Source of the DNA: Azolla caroliniana
Taxonomy: Eukaryota > Plantae > Polypodiophyta
Length of the DNA stretch: 64,000 nucleotides
Direction: 5' to 3'
Assembly (NCBI GenBank): GCA_043228905.1
Contig: JBHGNT010000014.1
Span: forward strand, 2,294,001-2,358,000
Shown here: piece after piece, positions 23,681-36,399 of the stretch
Numbering within the stretch: the first letter of the stretch is position 1
Layout: every line of letters begins with the position of its first letter
Notes under the pieces: generated by a model
Databases searched by the model: none
The model's input: only the letters and a program-made list of their open reading frames with translations
What the model was told of the DNA's origin: nothing
Made by a program: the position numbers and the translations under genes

Positions 23681-26198
23681 CCGGCTTCTTTCCGAAGTAT
23701 TTTTCGTGCGGAGTTACTTCGTGCACTTCGGATGTTGTGCATCGGTTCATTAGGTAGACGGCCGTATTTGCAGCTTTGGCCCAATATGACTTGGGCATAT
23801 GCTTCTCGTTCATCATGGCCTGCGCTACTTCGAGGATGTGCCAATTTTTGCGCTCGGCTACTCTGTTTTGTTGCGGAGTGTGTCGGCAAGTGAATTCTCG
23901 CCGAATTCCTTCCTTTCGGAGATACGCCATGAAATCGTCTGAGAAGTACTCCTTGCTGCCATCCGATCGAAGGCATCGTACATGACGACTAGTGGCTTTT
24001 TCGACTTCGTTTTTAAACCTTTGGAAGTGTCCGAACACTTCGCTCTTTTGCCGCATCGGATAGAGCCACGTGTGCTTGGAGAAGTCGTCGATGAAGAGCA
24101 CATAATATCGGCATCCGCTGAATGTAGCTGGTTGCGCCGGTCCCCATACGTTGGAATGGACTACATCAAGTAGACCTTTGCTCACGTTCCGTTCTTTCGG
24201 GAATGGGTGTCGGTGTTGCTTGCCGAATTGGCATGCTTCACATACACCTTCAATCTCCTTCTCTTTGAATGTCGGGAGTCCGATGATGACTCCTTTCAAT
24301 TTCATTGCTTTGAGTTTGTTGAGATTGATGTGGCCGATTCGTTTGTGCCATAGCTCTATGTCGGAGTCGGCTTTCGTGCTTTTTGCGAACATGGCGGATT
24401 TCATCTCGTGTGAATTGAGAATGAACATTTGGCCCTCTCTTCTTCCGCGCGCGATGATTCGACCCTCTTTTTCGATGAAGCACCCTTCTTGATCGAATCG
24501 TACTTGCATCCCTTGCTCAACCATTTGGCCGACCGAGACCAAGTTCTTCATGATGGTGGGAACATGGAAGAATTTTTTAATGTATGTTTGCTTACCTCTT
24601 TCGCCGAACGGAACATTGTTGATGTGCCAAATCGGGTGTGTAGTGTCATCTCCGGTTTCGACATAATCGGGTCGCTCCGGCTCTCGAAGTTCGAGAAACC
24701 ATTCTTTATGAGATGTCATACGGTTTGAGGCTCCGGAGTCAACAAACCATACGTCCTCCAGATTGAGGGCACTAGTGGAGGTAGAGGTTGACATAAAGTT
24801 TTCTCTATGTTTTATCATGAACATTCCGCCACGGTCGGCGTTGTGTGCGTACATTCCGCCACAATCTTCGTAGTCGGAGTTGTGCCCGTACATTCTACTA
24901 TACTCTTCGTAGTCAGAATTGGGTGCGTAATTCGTGAGTTGTCGGCTTGTGGAAACCGATTCACGCATCTTCTTTCGGCACTCTTCTTCCTGGTAGTCGA
25001 GCTTTCCGCAATATCCGCATTCGGTTGCGTTTTGATGGCTCCGGCCGGAGTGAAAGCTCCCCCTTCTTGCGAAGGTTCCTCGTTGGCTTCCGTTTTGCGG
25101 CCGAACTTGGGAGTTGTTGTCCTAGGTCGAACCTCGTCTGCCTTGTCCTTGGCTGAATTGGCCTCTCGCTCGTCTGCGTCCTCTTTCTCCGTTCGAGTGC
25201 GTGTAGAGAATTTGGCCTTCCGACTCATTGCTCCTTGTAATGTGGTTTTCTTCAACCAATAGCATTGATTGGAGCTTGAAGAAGGAGGGATATTTCTCCC
25301 TCGCTAGAATGGCGGTTCGCATCGCGCCGAACCGTGGTGCGAGGCCGCCGAGGCATATTTGCACCATTTCATCATCATCGATATTTATGCTTATCGAGCC
25401 GAGTGAGTTGCAAAGCTCCTTGATCTTCAAGGTGTATGTCGTGATGGACATGTCCCTTTGTTGAATGTTGTTCAACTCTTGGTGGTTGTGTTCGCCGCGA
25501 AAATCTTTTGTAGATTTTACCATGCCTCCTTCAGTGTCTTGGCTTCGCAAATGTAGCCGAGCATGTGACCGTGAACACATGTCACCAAGCAATACATCAC
25601 ACGGATTGCGGCTTGCTCTGATGTTGTGTATCCGGGATCTGTTTCGATGGGCCAGTCTTCGTGCGCTCCTTTGACGTAGCTCCAATAGCCTTGTCCGACA
25701 AGGTATTGGTGCATCTTGTACTCCCAAGATGCGAAGTTGTTTCAATCCAACTTCTCGGTAGCGAGAGCGCTCCCCATTTGAGTATTCATTATGTTGATTC
25801 TTCTTCTTCTTCTTCTTCTTCTTCTTCTTCTTCTCTCCTCAAATGCGAGCTATGTGGTCGCACCACGATACCGATGAGCCGGTTCTTCGTGAATGTCGGC
25901 GTAGAGCTCAACACGCACAGATGGGCTGGATGGAGCTACCAAACCGCTCTAATACCATGTAAAGAATCAAGAGATGGATTCTGTGGCGCGGAATAGATAT
26001 GAACTGTGTGTGTGTATGAGAGAGAGTGAGAGTGAGATAGAGACAAGGAGTAAGACAGAGAATACGCAAGGTAAAGTATATTAACAAAGGAGAAAGACTC
26101 GACGTTATACAAGGTGGGAGGAGGATGCTTTATATAGCCATCCTCTCTCTTCATTAACTACAAGACTCATGGAGCATGGGGAATGTAAGAGCTCATAA
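23681..26198 (-). mobile_element. Decayed Copia B2 (gag, protease, integrase; PBS 25946-25957; partial 5' LTR 25958-26198)
   Basis: VWFVDSGAS, LWHKRIGH, FIDDFS; LTR matches 30493-30835 and 34566-34954. Confidence 0.88.
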
Positions 26199-29100
26199 GA
26201 TCTTAAGGCTTTGGTGAAGATGTCGGTTGTCTCAAGATTCGTGCTAGTGTGTTGAAGGTCGACATCTCCAACCTGAATGCGCTCTCGAATGAAGTGATAG
26301 TGCACTTCGATATGCTTCGTGCAAGCGTGGAACACCGGGTTCCGAGACAGATGAATACTGCTCATGTTGTCATAGTAAAGGGGAATCAAATCTTTGATGA
26401 GAATGCCCAGATCCTTCAATATCCTCTTGAGCCATACGACTTCACATGCAACCACCTTTGCACCCTTGTAGTTGGCCTTTGTGTTCAAAAGAGCGACGGT
26501 TGGTTGCTTCTTGCTACTCCAAGAGATGGCTCCACTTCCGAGGGAGAAGACGAAACTAGAGGTTGATCGTTGATCTGCTTTGTAGCCGGCCCAATCGACA
26601 TTTGTGTACCCTTCGAATTGAATTGGCGTGGCCGACTTATAAAGAATGCCATAGTCCATCGTTCCTCTCACGTATCATAGCACTCTTTTAGAACAATCCA
26701 AATGGATATCTCGTGGAGTTTGCATGAATTGGCTAAGGAGGCCGACCGGATAGCTCAGGTCAGGTCGAGTGATCATGAGGTAGATGAGGCTTCCGATCAG
26801 TTGTCGATACTGAGTCGGCTCACACTCTGTGGTGCCGGAGTCGACATCCAGTTTGAGGTTTCGATCGAGAGGGGTTGCCACAGATTTGCACTCGGTCATC
26901 CCGAACTTGTATAATAAGTTGAGGATGTAGTGCCGTTGAGAGATCATTATTCTAGTTGGAGTCTGGATTACCTCAATGCCAAGGAAGTAATGGAGCTCTT
27001 TCATGTTCGTCATCTCGAATTTGCTGGAGAGGAGGGACTTAACCATGTTGATTTTGACTAGATGCTCACCTCCAATGACGAGATCATCCACGTATAGGAT
27101 GATGGTAATTGGACTTTCAGAATCGCTTCTTACTTAGAGAGAATTGTCGGATTTTGACATTCGGAAGCCGATTCAATGAAGATATTGTGTTATCTTCGAG
27201 TGCCAAGAACGTGGTTCTTGCTTAAGTCCGTAGAGAAGCTTCTTGAGTCGGCTGACGGCTTTCGGATGAATATTGGATTCGAAGCTGGGTGGTTGTACCA
27301 TGTACACCTCCTCTTCTCATTCGCTTTGAAGAAAGGCGTTTTTGACATCCATCTGGTTGAGCTGCCACCCTTTCGCTGCGACAAGTCCTATTACGGTCTA
27401 CACGGTTGTCATCTTTGCCACTGGGGCAAAGGTCTCTTCATAGTCGACTCCTTGTGTTTGTGCGTAACCCTTCTCTACGAGTCGAGCTTTGTAGCGGCTG
27501 ATGGAACTGTCAACATTATACTTCACTTTGTATATCCATCTGCAACCGATTGCCTTCTTGTGCGGTGAGTCAGGGACGAGATCCCATGTCTCGTTCCTGT
27601 TGAGAGGTTGCATCTCCTCGTTCATCGCTTTGACCCATGGAGGATCTTTAACGTCTTCGGCAAAGCTCTCCGGTTCTTGAATTGCTGCCACCTTCATCAT
27701 AAAGACATATTGATATGCCATATAGTCATTGTAGCCGAATCGGCTAACCAGATTCTTCTCTCGGGTGGAGCGAGGGCGTTTCTCATTTGCTGATGTGAGT
27801 GCTTTCTTATCTCCGGGTGACCTCATAAGAGGCACATCAAGGCCATCAAACTCACTATCGAGTGACTGAGCCGACTCGTTGTCGTCGAAGTGATCGTCTT
27901 CATATTCTGGCATTTTGGCCTTCCCTTTATCCATCTTTGGACTTGATCAAGATATGCTTTGATTGCTCGGAGGCTCTTGTGGTCCGCTCAATCTGGTTGA
28001 GATTGGACTCTCTTGAAGTATTGACCTCAGTTGATCATCGTCTTCTGTGTTCTCGAAGTCATTTGTAGATGGTTCGGGAGGAGTTGGCTCAGGTTTGTAC
28101 CATGATGTCGATTCGTCAAAGATGACATCCTGACTTATACGAGCCTTCCGAGTAGAGGGGTTGAAGCACTTGTATCCCTTTTGCTGCAATGAGTACCCCA
28201 CGAGGATGCACTTCTCTGATTTTGGGTCAAGCTTCTGCCGCTTCTCATCGGGAATGTGCACGTATGCAATGGAGCCGGATATCCTTATATGGGATAGATC
28301 TGGCTTCTTCCCATAGTACTTCCTGTGTGGGGTGACCTTGTGCACTCCGGATGTTGTGCACCGGTTCATGAGGTAGACATCGGTATTTGCAGCTTCTGCC
28401 CAATATGACTTGGGCATATGCTTCTCATTTAGCATGGCGCTTGCTACTTCGAGGATGTGCCGATTCTTGCGTTCGGCTACACCATTCTGTTGCGGTGTGT
28501 GTCGGCAAGTGAATTCTCGTCGAATTCCTTCTTATCAAAGGTATGCCGTGAACGCATTGGAGAAGTATTCCTTTCCTCTGTCTAACTGAAGACATCGTAC
28601 ATGGTGGCCGGTTGTCTTTTCGGCTTCACTTTTGTATTTTTGGAAGTGTGAAAACACTTCACTCATCATCCTGATGGGAAAGATCCATGTATATCTAGAG
28701 AGGTCGTCAATGAAGGTAACATAGTAGCGACATCCTCCACATGTGGCCATCTGTGCCGGTCCCCACTCATGTTCCTCTCCTTTGGGAATGGGTGCCGATG
28801 TTGCTTGCCGAATTGGCATGCTTCACATACTCCTTCAATCTCTTTCTCTTTGAAGGTCAGGAGCCCACTGACGACTCCTTTCAATTGCATCGCCTTGAGT
28901 TTTTTGAGATTGATATGGCCAATACTTTTATGCCATAACTCTATGTCGGTGTCGGGTTTGAGGCCATTTGCAAACATGGCCAATTTTACCTCGTTCGCTT
29001 CGAGGATAAACATTCGGCTTTCCCTTTGACCACGAGCAATTAGTCAGCCTTCTTTCTCGATGAAGGAACCACCTTGGTTGAATCGAACTTGCATCCCTTG

Positions 29101-30835
29101 CTCCATAATTTGGCCGACCAAGACCAAATTCTTCGTTATGGTGGGTACATGTAAGACATTTTTGATGCAAGTTTTCACCTTCTTTTTCAAATGGGACATT
29201 GCCGACATGCCGAATCAGAGGAGTGGTGTCGTCTCTGGTCTCGACATAACCGGTTCGGTCCGACTCTCGTAAGTCTCGAAACCATTCTTGATGGGACCTC
29301 ATATGGTTCGAGGCACCATAGTTGACGAACCATACATCTTCCGGATTGGAGACATTAGTCGAAGTAGAGGCCAACATAGAATTTGCTTTATCTCTCATCA
29401 CGACCATTCCGCCATGGTCTTCATAGTCGGAGTTGGTGGCATAATTTGTGAGTTGTCGGCTTGTGGAAGCCGACTCGCGCTTCTTCTTTCAACAATCTTC
29501 TTCATGGTGGCCCATTTTTCCGCAATATCCGCATTCGATTGAGGTTTGTCGGCTCATACCAGAATGGAAGCTCCCCCTTCTTCCGAAGGTTCCTCGATGG
29601 CTTCTGTCTTGTTTCCAAAATTAGGAGTTGTTGTTGTAAGTCAGACCTCGTCCGCCTCGTCCTTGGCCGAATCGGCCTCTTGCTTGGACGCATCCTCTTC
29701 GTCCGTTCGAATGTCTGTAGAGCATGTGGCCTTCCGAGGCATTGCTCCTCCTTCGAACATGGTTTTCTTCAACCAACAAAATGAATTGAAGATCGAAGAA
29801 AGAGGGAGGATTCTCCCTTGCTAGCACGACGGTCCTCATCGCGCCGAACCGTGGTGCAAGAACGCTGAGGCATATTTGCACCATATCATCATCATCCACA
29901 TTGACGCTTATCGAGCCGAGCGAGTCACAAAGCTCCTTTATCTTCAAGGTGTAGCTTGTGATGGACATGTCCCGTTATTAGCTGTTGTTCAACTCTTGGC
30001 GGAGTTGAAGCTTTCGTGCCATCGTATTGGCGGCAAATATCTTCCTTAGATTCTCCCATGCTTCTTTTGGCCTCGTGGCTTCTCAAATGTAACCGAGCAT
30101 GTGGTCATGAACACATGTCGCCAAGCAATACATTACTCGACTTGCCACTTGCTCCCATGTTGAGTAGTCAACGTCCTTTGGGTCGGGTCGATTTTCTTGT
30201 GCTCCTTTGATGTAGCTCCAATAACCTTGACCGACAAGGTATTGGAGCATCTTGTATTCCCAAGATGCGAAGTTGTTTCGGTCCAACTTCTCGCTAGGGA
30301 GAGTGCTCCCCATTTGAGTATTCATGGTGTTCGATGCAGATTTCTTCCTTCTCCTTCACTCTTGAATACGAGCTATGTAGTTGCACTACGATAGCGATGA
30401 GCCGGTTCTTCTTGAACGTCAGCGTGGAGCACAACACACGGTTACAATGAGGCGAGTGGGCTAGATCAAGCTACCAAATCGTTCTAATACCATGTAAAGA
30501 ATCGATGGTGATTCTTGTGCAGCGGAATAGATTAGAGATGTGTGTTATGTGTGTGTGTGTGTGAGAGAGAGAGAGAGGAGAGAAACACAAGATAGAAAAT
30601 ACTCAAGAAGATTGTATATTACAAAGGAGATTAATCGACATATACAAAGTAGGAGAAGAGTGCTTTATATAGTCATGGGGAATGTGGAAACTCATTAGTT
30701 ATGTGTCATAGAATATGATTCTATGACACATAGTTAATGTGTGAAGAGTAGTGGTGTGACTTTTGACCTTTGAGTTCTCATACACTCTCAAGGGTGTGTT
30801 CACACACTAGGCTAGATTGAGCTTGATTCTCAACA
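26199..30835 (-). mobile_element. Decayed Copia B3 (5' LTR 30493-30835, PBS 30481-30492, gag from 30325 to RNase H; 3' end deleted)
   Basis: MNTQMGSTLPSEKLDRNNFASWEYKM gag; integrase, RT and RNase H fragments in order. Confidence 0.9.
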
Positions 30836-31163
30836 ATTATGTACCTATTTATTATCTATCATTTAATTCCTTGTCTTAGGCTTACATTTGGAGTAATGTG
30901 TAACATATGGTATCACGACGATTTTATAATGTTTCTTTTGTTGATGTTGATTTCTTTCGGATGGTGATTGATCAATGTTTTGTTTAAGCTTGATCCAGAA
31001 AGTCATCAACAAAGGAACTTTGGTATTTCCTTTTTATTTATGAATAATATATATATTTATTCTATTCTTTCTTCTCCAATTTTCAATCATGTTTAAATTG
31101 ATATCTTAAAATGTAAATAATTCAATTATGTTGAATTGGTCATAGTTTGTTCATATAAATCAT

Positions 31164-31978
31164 ACATATGTTATGTATGTGTATGAGGTTAATACCTCAA
31201 TTGCCATGGATTTGGTATGCGTAAAAGGTCAATATATCAATTACGCATTGCGTTCATTATTAGTTTTTGGATGTTGCGTGTGCGCAAATGTGACAAGCCT
31301 CGATTACGTATCTTCATTACATCATTTGTTGGTTTATGTTTTGTTAACGATTCTTTTATATATACAAATGTGATCACATGTATACGTATTTGATCACATA
31401 GATGCCATAAACGTATAATGTATATATTAAGAATTTGTTACATGATATTCATATGTCAAATGTTGTCCATTTAGAGTAAGGATCTTGGTGACTATCACAT
31501 TTTTTGTGGGGAAGGCATAGTCACCATCCCCCTTGGTCACCTCAATTTTGCAATATGTATAAAACTTACATATGTTATGTATGCATGTGAGATCAATAGC
31601 TCAATTACCATGGATTTGATATGCGATGTGAGTCATATGCATAAGAGGTCAATACCTCAATGGCGCATTATGTTCACTCTTATGTTTTAGATGTTGTGTG
31701 TGTAGAGGCTACATGCCTTGATTATGTATCTTCATTACCTCATTCATTGGTTTATGTTTTGTTAACGATTCTTTTATATATACATATGTGATCACATGTA
31801 TACGTATGTGATCATATACATGTCATATACATACAATATATATATTAGGAATTTGTTACATGATATTCCTATGTCGAATGTTGTCTTTTTAGGGTAAGGA
31901 TTTTGGTGGTCGTCTTCACATTTTCTGTAGGGAAGGCGTAATCACCACCCCTTTTGGTCACCTCAATTTCGCCATACA
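31164..31978. repeat. Two-copy diverged tandem duplication, ~405-bp unit
   Basis: ACATATGTTATGTATG at 31164 and 31568; collinear to GGTCACCTCAATTT. Confidence 0.85.
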
Positions 31979-32949
31979 TAACAATTAAACAAGCATAACC
32001 ACAATGACCTTGTGGGTGTAAGGCTTGACCCACTTTGTGCAAGGACATCCTTACGAAACCCATATCGAACATTTTGCACTCATTACATGATTACGAGGCC
32101 ACCATGAGACCATCATTACAGAAGGCATTTGTAATGAAGTAACCATGTGATGGGCCACGTGGGCCTACTATGGAAAAGAGGGCTAGTGTTGGCTTGACAA
32201 TTAGGTTGCACCTTATGGTATGCTAGTGTAATGATGAGACTTCAGAGGTTGAGTAACGTACCAACATAGTTTTCTAGACAACAATGACGAAATAAGGATT
32301 CTAGACAAATGTTTTTCTTTAAAAGAACAAATATGGGTACACGCCTTCATATATCTTTCATATGCATAAACATTAGACATTCAATATAAGCAAGACAATT
32401 GGCTAGTTCAAGTGTTTAATGGCTTTGTTCTCGAGGTTTGAGTTCAAATATGACCAAAACCATACAACATTATTGATACATATGCCTATAAAACATGTTT
32501 AGACTTTAGCTCTAAGTGTAGTTCGGGGTCCTCATTATAGGATTTAAAGAGTCAAAACCACATAAGTGACCACAAAGACCTAGTTTATTGTTAACATTTT
32601 TTATGTATAAACTATTCATGACGGGAACAAACATGGTTGAGCCTCGAGGAGGTCCCTTGAAAAAATCGATATGGATTTAAGGGCATTCATTTGTCACCCC
32701 CATGGTTTTTTAAACTTCTTTGTATTACCTTAGTTACATAATCGTGAACCTCATCTCATCCATCTATAGGGGTACTAACGTGAGATCATGATATCGATTA
32801 ATGTTTGCCCATGATATGTTTACATCACGACATTATGTTATGGCTATTTGTTTGACCCTATCCTATTTCTTTGCCAAACATTGTATCTTCATGGTCCATA
32901 ATAATGACCACCTGTGTTGCTTCCCAAGCTAGTAGGCTTCACATATTTG

Positions 32950-34173
32950 GGCCTTCCAGCTACTAAATTTCGGCAATCCAAAAACAACTTGTTTCGATTG
33001 CAGGTCTTGAAGCCTGCGGTGATTGATGTGGCCGATCCGCTTGTGCTACAGATTGATATCTGACTCGATCTTCTAACCCTTTGTGAACAAAGTGGTGCCA
33101 ATGACATTGGTGTCGAGGATAAACATCCTTCTGTCCCGGCGCCCTTGCGCGATGATCCGGCCCTCTTCCTCAATGAAGCACCTGAGGTGCGTAAATTGCA
33201 CCTGCATCCCCTGGTGGACGATATGCCCGACCGACACTAGGTTCTTCGTGGTTGTTGGAACATGTAGTACACTCATCAACTTTACCTTTTGTCCGACATG
33301 GCTTAATGGGACTTCTCTGACATGCACAATCGGGTGAGGTGTGCGATCTCTAGTTTCGACAACTCTCGGTTGCTCTGGCTTTTCCAGAAACGAGAACCAC
33401 TCTTTGTGGCTTGTCATGTGGTTAGATGCTCCAGAGTCAACGTACCATACTTCCTCCAATCCGGATGTGGTCTTCTTCATTGAGATCGCCTTGTGGTTCA
33501 TCACGAAGGTTGGCCCTTCTCTGGTCTTTCCGGTTCCGGATCCTTCCGATCCTCCTACGTACTGCGAGATATGCTGGTTTCCTCCACCGGCCTTGCTGGA
33601 TCCGGATTGTCCGAATTAGCACGCTGCATCCAACACTCACTCTCTCTGGCCCTTCCGGCCACAGTACTGACATTCCATTGCGGTCTTTTCTTGCCGGTTT
33701 TCGACGCCGCTTTGACTCCCCCTGCTTGTGGAGGGTCTGGAATTGTTGTCGACACCATCATTATGCCTCTGATTTTTGCTCTTGTTGGCTGCTACCACCG
33801 TGTGCCGATCTTCCTCGTTCACCACGACCCCAGGGCCTCTCCATCTCCATGTACAACATTCTCTTGTCAATGTGCGTGCTCGTCGATGCACCCACGTGGT
33901 TCTCCTCTACTAGGAGCATTGATTGTAAGTTGAAAAATGAGGGCGTATTCTCCCTTGTATAGACCGCCGTCAGGAATGCTCCGAACATTGACGCCAGGCC
34001 CACAAGACAAATTTGCACCATCTCATCTTCTTGGACGGTCACGTTGATAGAGATGAGTCACATATGTCTATGATCCGGGCTGTGTAATCAGCCATCGACA
34101 TGTCCTTCTGTCGGACATTGCTCAACTCCTGTCAGAGTTGCAGCTTCCGGGCAGTGGTGCTTGCGACTAAGAC
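32950..34173 (-). mobile_element. Copia fragment (gag, zinc knuckle, protease)
   Basis: ASTTARKLQL, CQYCGRKG..ESEC, VWYVDSGASNHMT. Confidence 0.85.
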
Positions 34174-35133
34174 TGTCACATTATAGACTCGAATCTGAGA
34201 CTTTTAACGCACACAGTACATTGTGTTGTGTTAACCATATGAAAAATCTTGTGAACTATCCACATTCGAATGTGAACCGTCCACATTCGATTGTGAACTT
34301 GTATATATTGTAGAGTCTACTATATAGTACATTCGAGAATATTCTAGTCGTTAGTATATTCTAGAATTATTTTGTGGTATATTCTAAACGGGTATATTCT
34401 CTAGATGTTTCTCGACTATATTCTAGAGATATTCAATCTTGGAAATTGTATAAATACTTGTGACATCCTTGGTCCCTTTCAAGGGATTCAACACTAGTCA
34501 TTGACACATCAATCTAGTATTCTTGTTTCTCTCCATCTTGTCTCGTCGATCTTTATCTTTGTCTTTGTTGAGAATCAAGCTCAACTTGGTCTAGTGTGTG
34601 AACTCACCTTGAGAGTGAATAGACACTCCAACGGTCAAGAGTCACCATTATGTCACCACTTTGTATTCTAGCATTTAGTATGAGTCATAGAATCATATTC
34701 TATGACACATAACTTATGAGCTTTCACATTCCCCATGCTCCATGAGTCTTGTAGTTAATGAAGAGAGAGGGTGACTATATAAAGCACCCTCCTCCCACCT
34801 TTTATAATGTTGATTCTTTCTCCTTTGTTAATATACTTTACCTTGCGTATTCTCTGTGTCTTACTCCTTGTCTCTCTCACTCTCACTCACTCTCTCTCAT
34901 ACACACAGTTCACATCTATTCCGATGCACAAAATCCATCTCTTGATTCTTTACAGTCTTCATGCTCCTATGTCATTCCTAGCTTCTTCAGTTCCTCGCCT
35001 TGTCGCTCCCAACTTCCTGCACAACTTCTACAGTTCATAGCCTTGTGACTTCCTGTTCCACATTCCTAGCCTTATCGATCATAGCCTCGTCATCTGTGCT
35101 CCGTTCTAGTCCACCCTTGGTGTGTCCATGACA
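34174..35133. mobile_element. LTR-like sequence (TGTCAC...ATGACA) with TTCTAGA-type repeats, hosting a solo LTR
   Basis: TG..CA ends and TATAAATA at 34449; abruptly interrupts the Copia gag; no TSD, right end uncertain. Confidence 0.5.
34566..34954 (+). mobile_element. Copia family B solo LTR
   Basis: TGTTGAGAATCAAGC...TTCTTTACA; TSD GTCTT at 34561-34565 and 34955-34959. Confidence 0.9.
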
Positions 35134-35688
35134 GTTTCAGTTTGAATCCCTTCCAATTGGAAGCATCACCCATCTTCATCTAGAGTTACCATCATCACCG
35201 TCCTTGATTCCGGAGTTACCATCATCAATATCCTTGTCTTCGACATCATCACTTTTGTTTTCTTTTCTGACAACTATTTGTAACTTTGGTGCCTATTCAT
35301 CTTTCCCAAAAATTGACTAGGGTGAAGTCGTTGGAGTCCCAAACAAGGTTGTCTCGAAGATCGGAGTGTAGTAGCAGGTGTGTTTCTGATGGACAAAATT
35401 TCGTATTAACGGTTGACTTTTGCCTTTCAGTGATGATTAGGGTTTGTGTTTTCCTTAAGTGGTTTAGGGTTTCAGATTACAAGTTTCTGGTTACAAATTT
35501 CTGATTACTATCACAATGTCTTGTAAATTTTAACCAATTCTCATGACAAGTGGTTGATTTCTGATACATGTTGAAAAGGACAGATTACAAATTTCAGATT
35601 ACTATCTGAAAGTGTTGTAATTTTGCACCAAATTCACATTAATTTTTTTGTTTTTGCACCAATTCTAATTACTAATTTTCTATTTCAG

Positions 35689-36187
35689 GTGGCTCATTCC
35701 TCCCTATCCTAGAGTGCTGAACTTCGCAAAATTTTGCGAGACAAAGGAGGACTTTCACAACATATATGGTGTGTTGCTCGAGGGTATTGACCCTGCTATT
35801 CTAATAGATAGATTGATTAGTGATGTAGACTGGATGTTAGTATATAAAGTGCCTAGAGTGAAAGGCAAGGTCAAGCTCAAGCATGTACGATCGGACTTGT
35901 ATGATGACTGCGTGAGACTGCACCAAAAAGTACATCAAGAGATCCCGGTAAACAACGAGTTGTCCATTTCATTTGCTAGAGCTTTTGCATACGAGTATTG
36001 CAAAATAACGAAGGAATCTTGTGACCCTGAAATGTACACGGTATCTTGTACAATTTATGGTGAGGCATCGGTAGAAAGATGCCGAAAGATGGGGAGCTTG
36101 CAACAACAAATGGTAGGATTTTGGAGCATGGCAGTTGATGATGCATTTGCTGACTCCCAACAAACTTGCAAGTATACACCACACTGA
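35689..36187 (+). pseudogene. Orphan exon-like ORF of unknown function
   Basis: Branch point and acceptor CTAATTTTCTATTTCAG at about 35672-35688, followed by an open frame of about 166 codons with globular-protein composition. Confidence 0.45.
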
Positions 36188-36399
36188 CACACAATGAAAG
36201 CCAATGTCGATGATACAGGTGAGACATTGATTAGCTATATGCTAAAACATGTCCATGAAGCCCATGAGACATTGGAGTTTTTTAAGACTAATTTAGAGAA
36301 AGCAACATTGGTTGCTGCGATGGAGAAAGAAAGAAAGAAAGAAAGATATATTAACATCTTCTAAGGCCAAATTCGGCCCATGAGACAATTGGTTTACAA

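Noticed and set aside
34169-34959. Apparent inverted TSD AAGAC/GTCTT
   Set aside because: GTCTT is the ordinary direct TSD of the nested solo LTR 34566-34954
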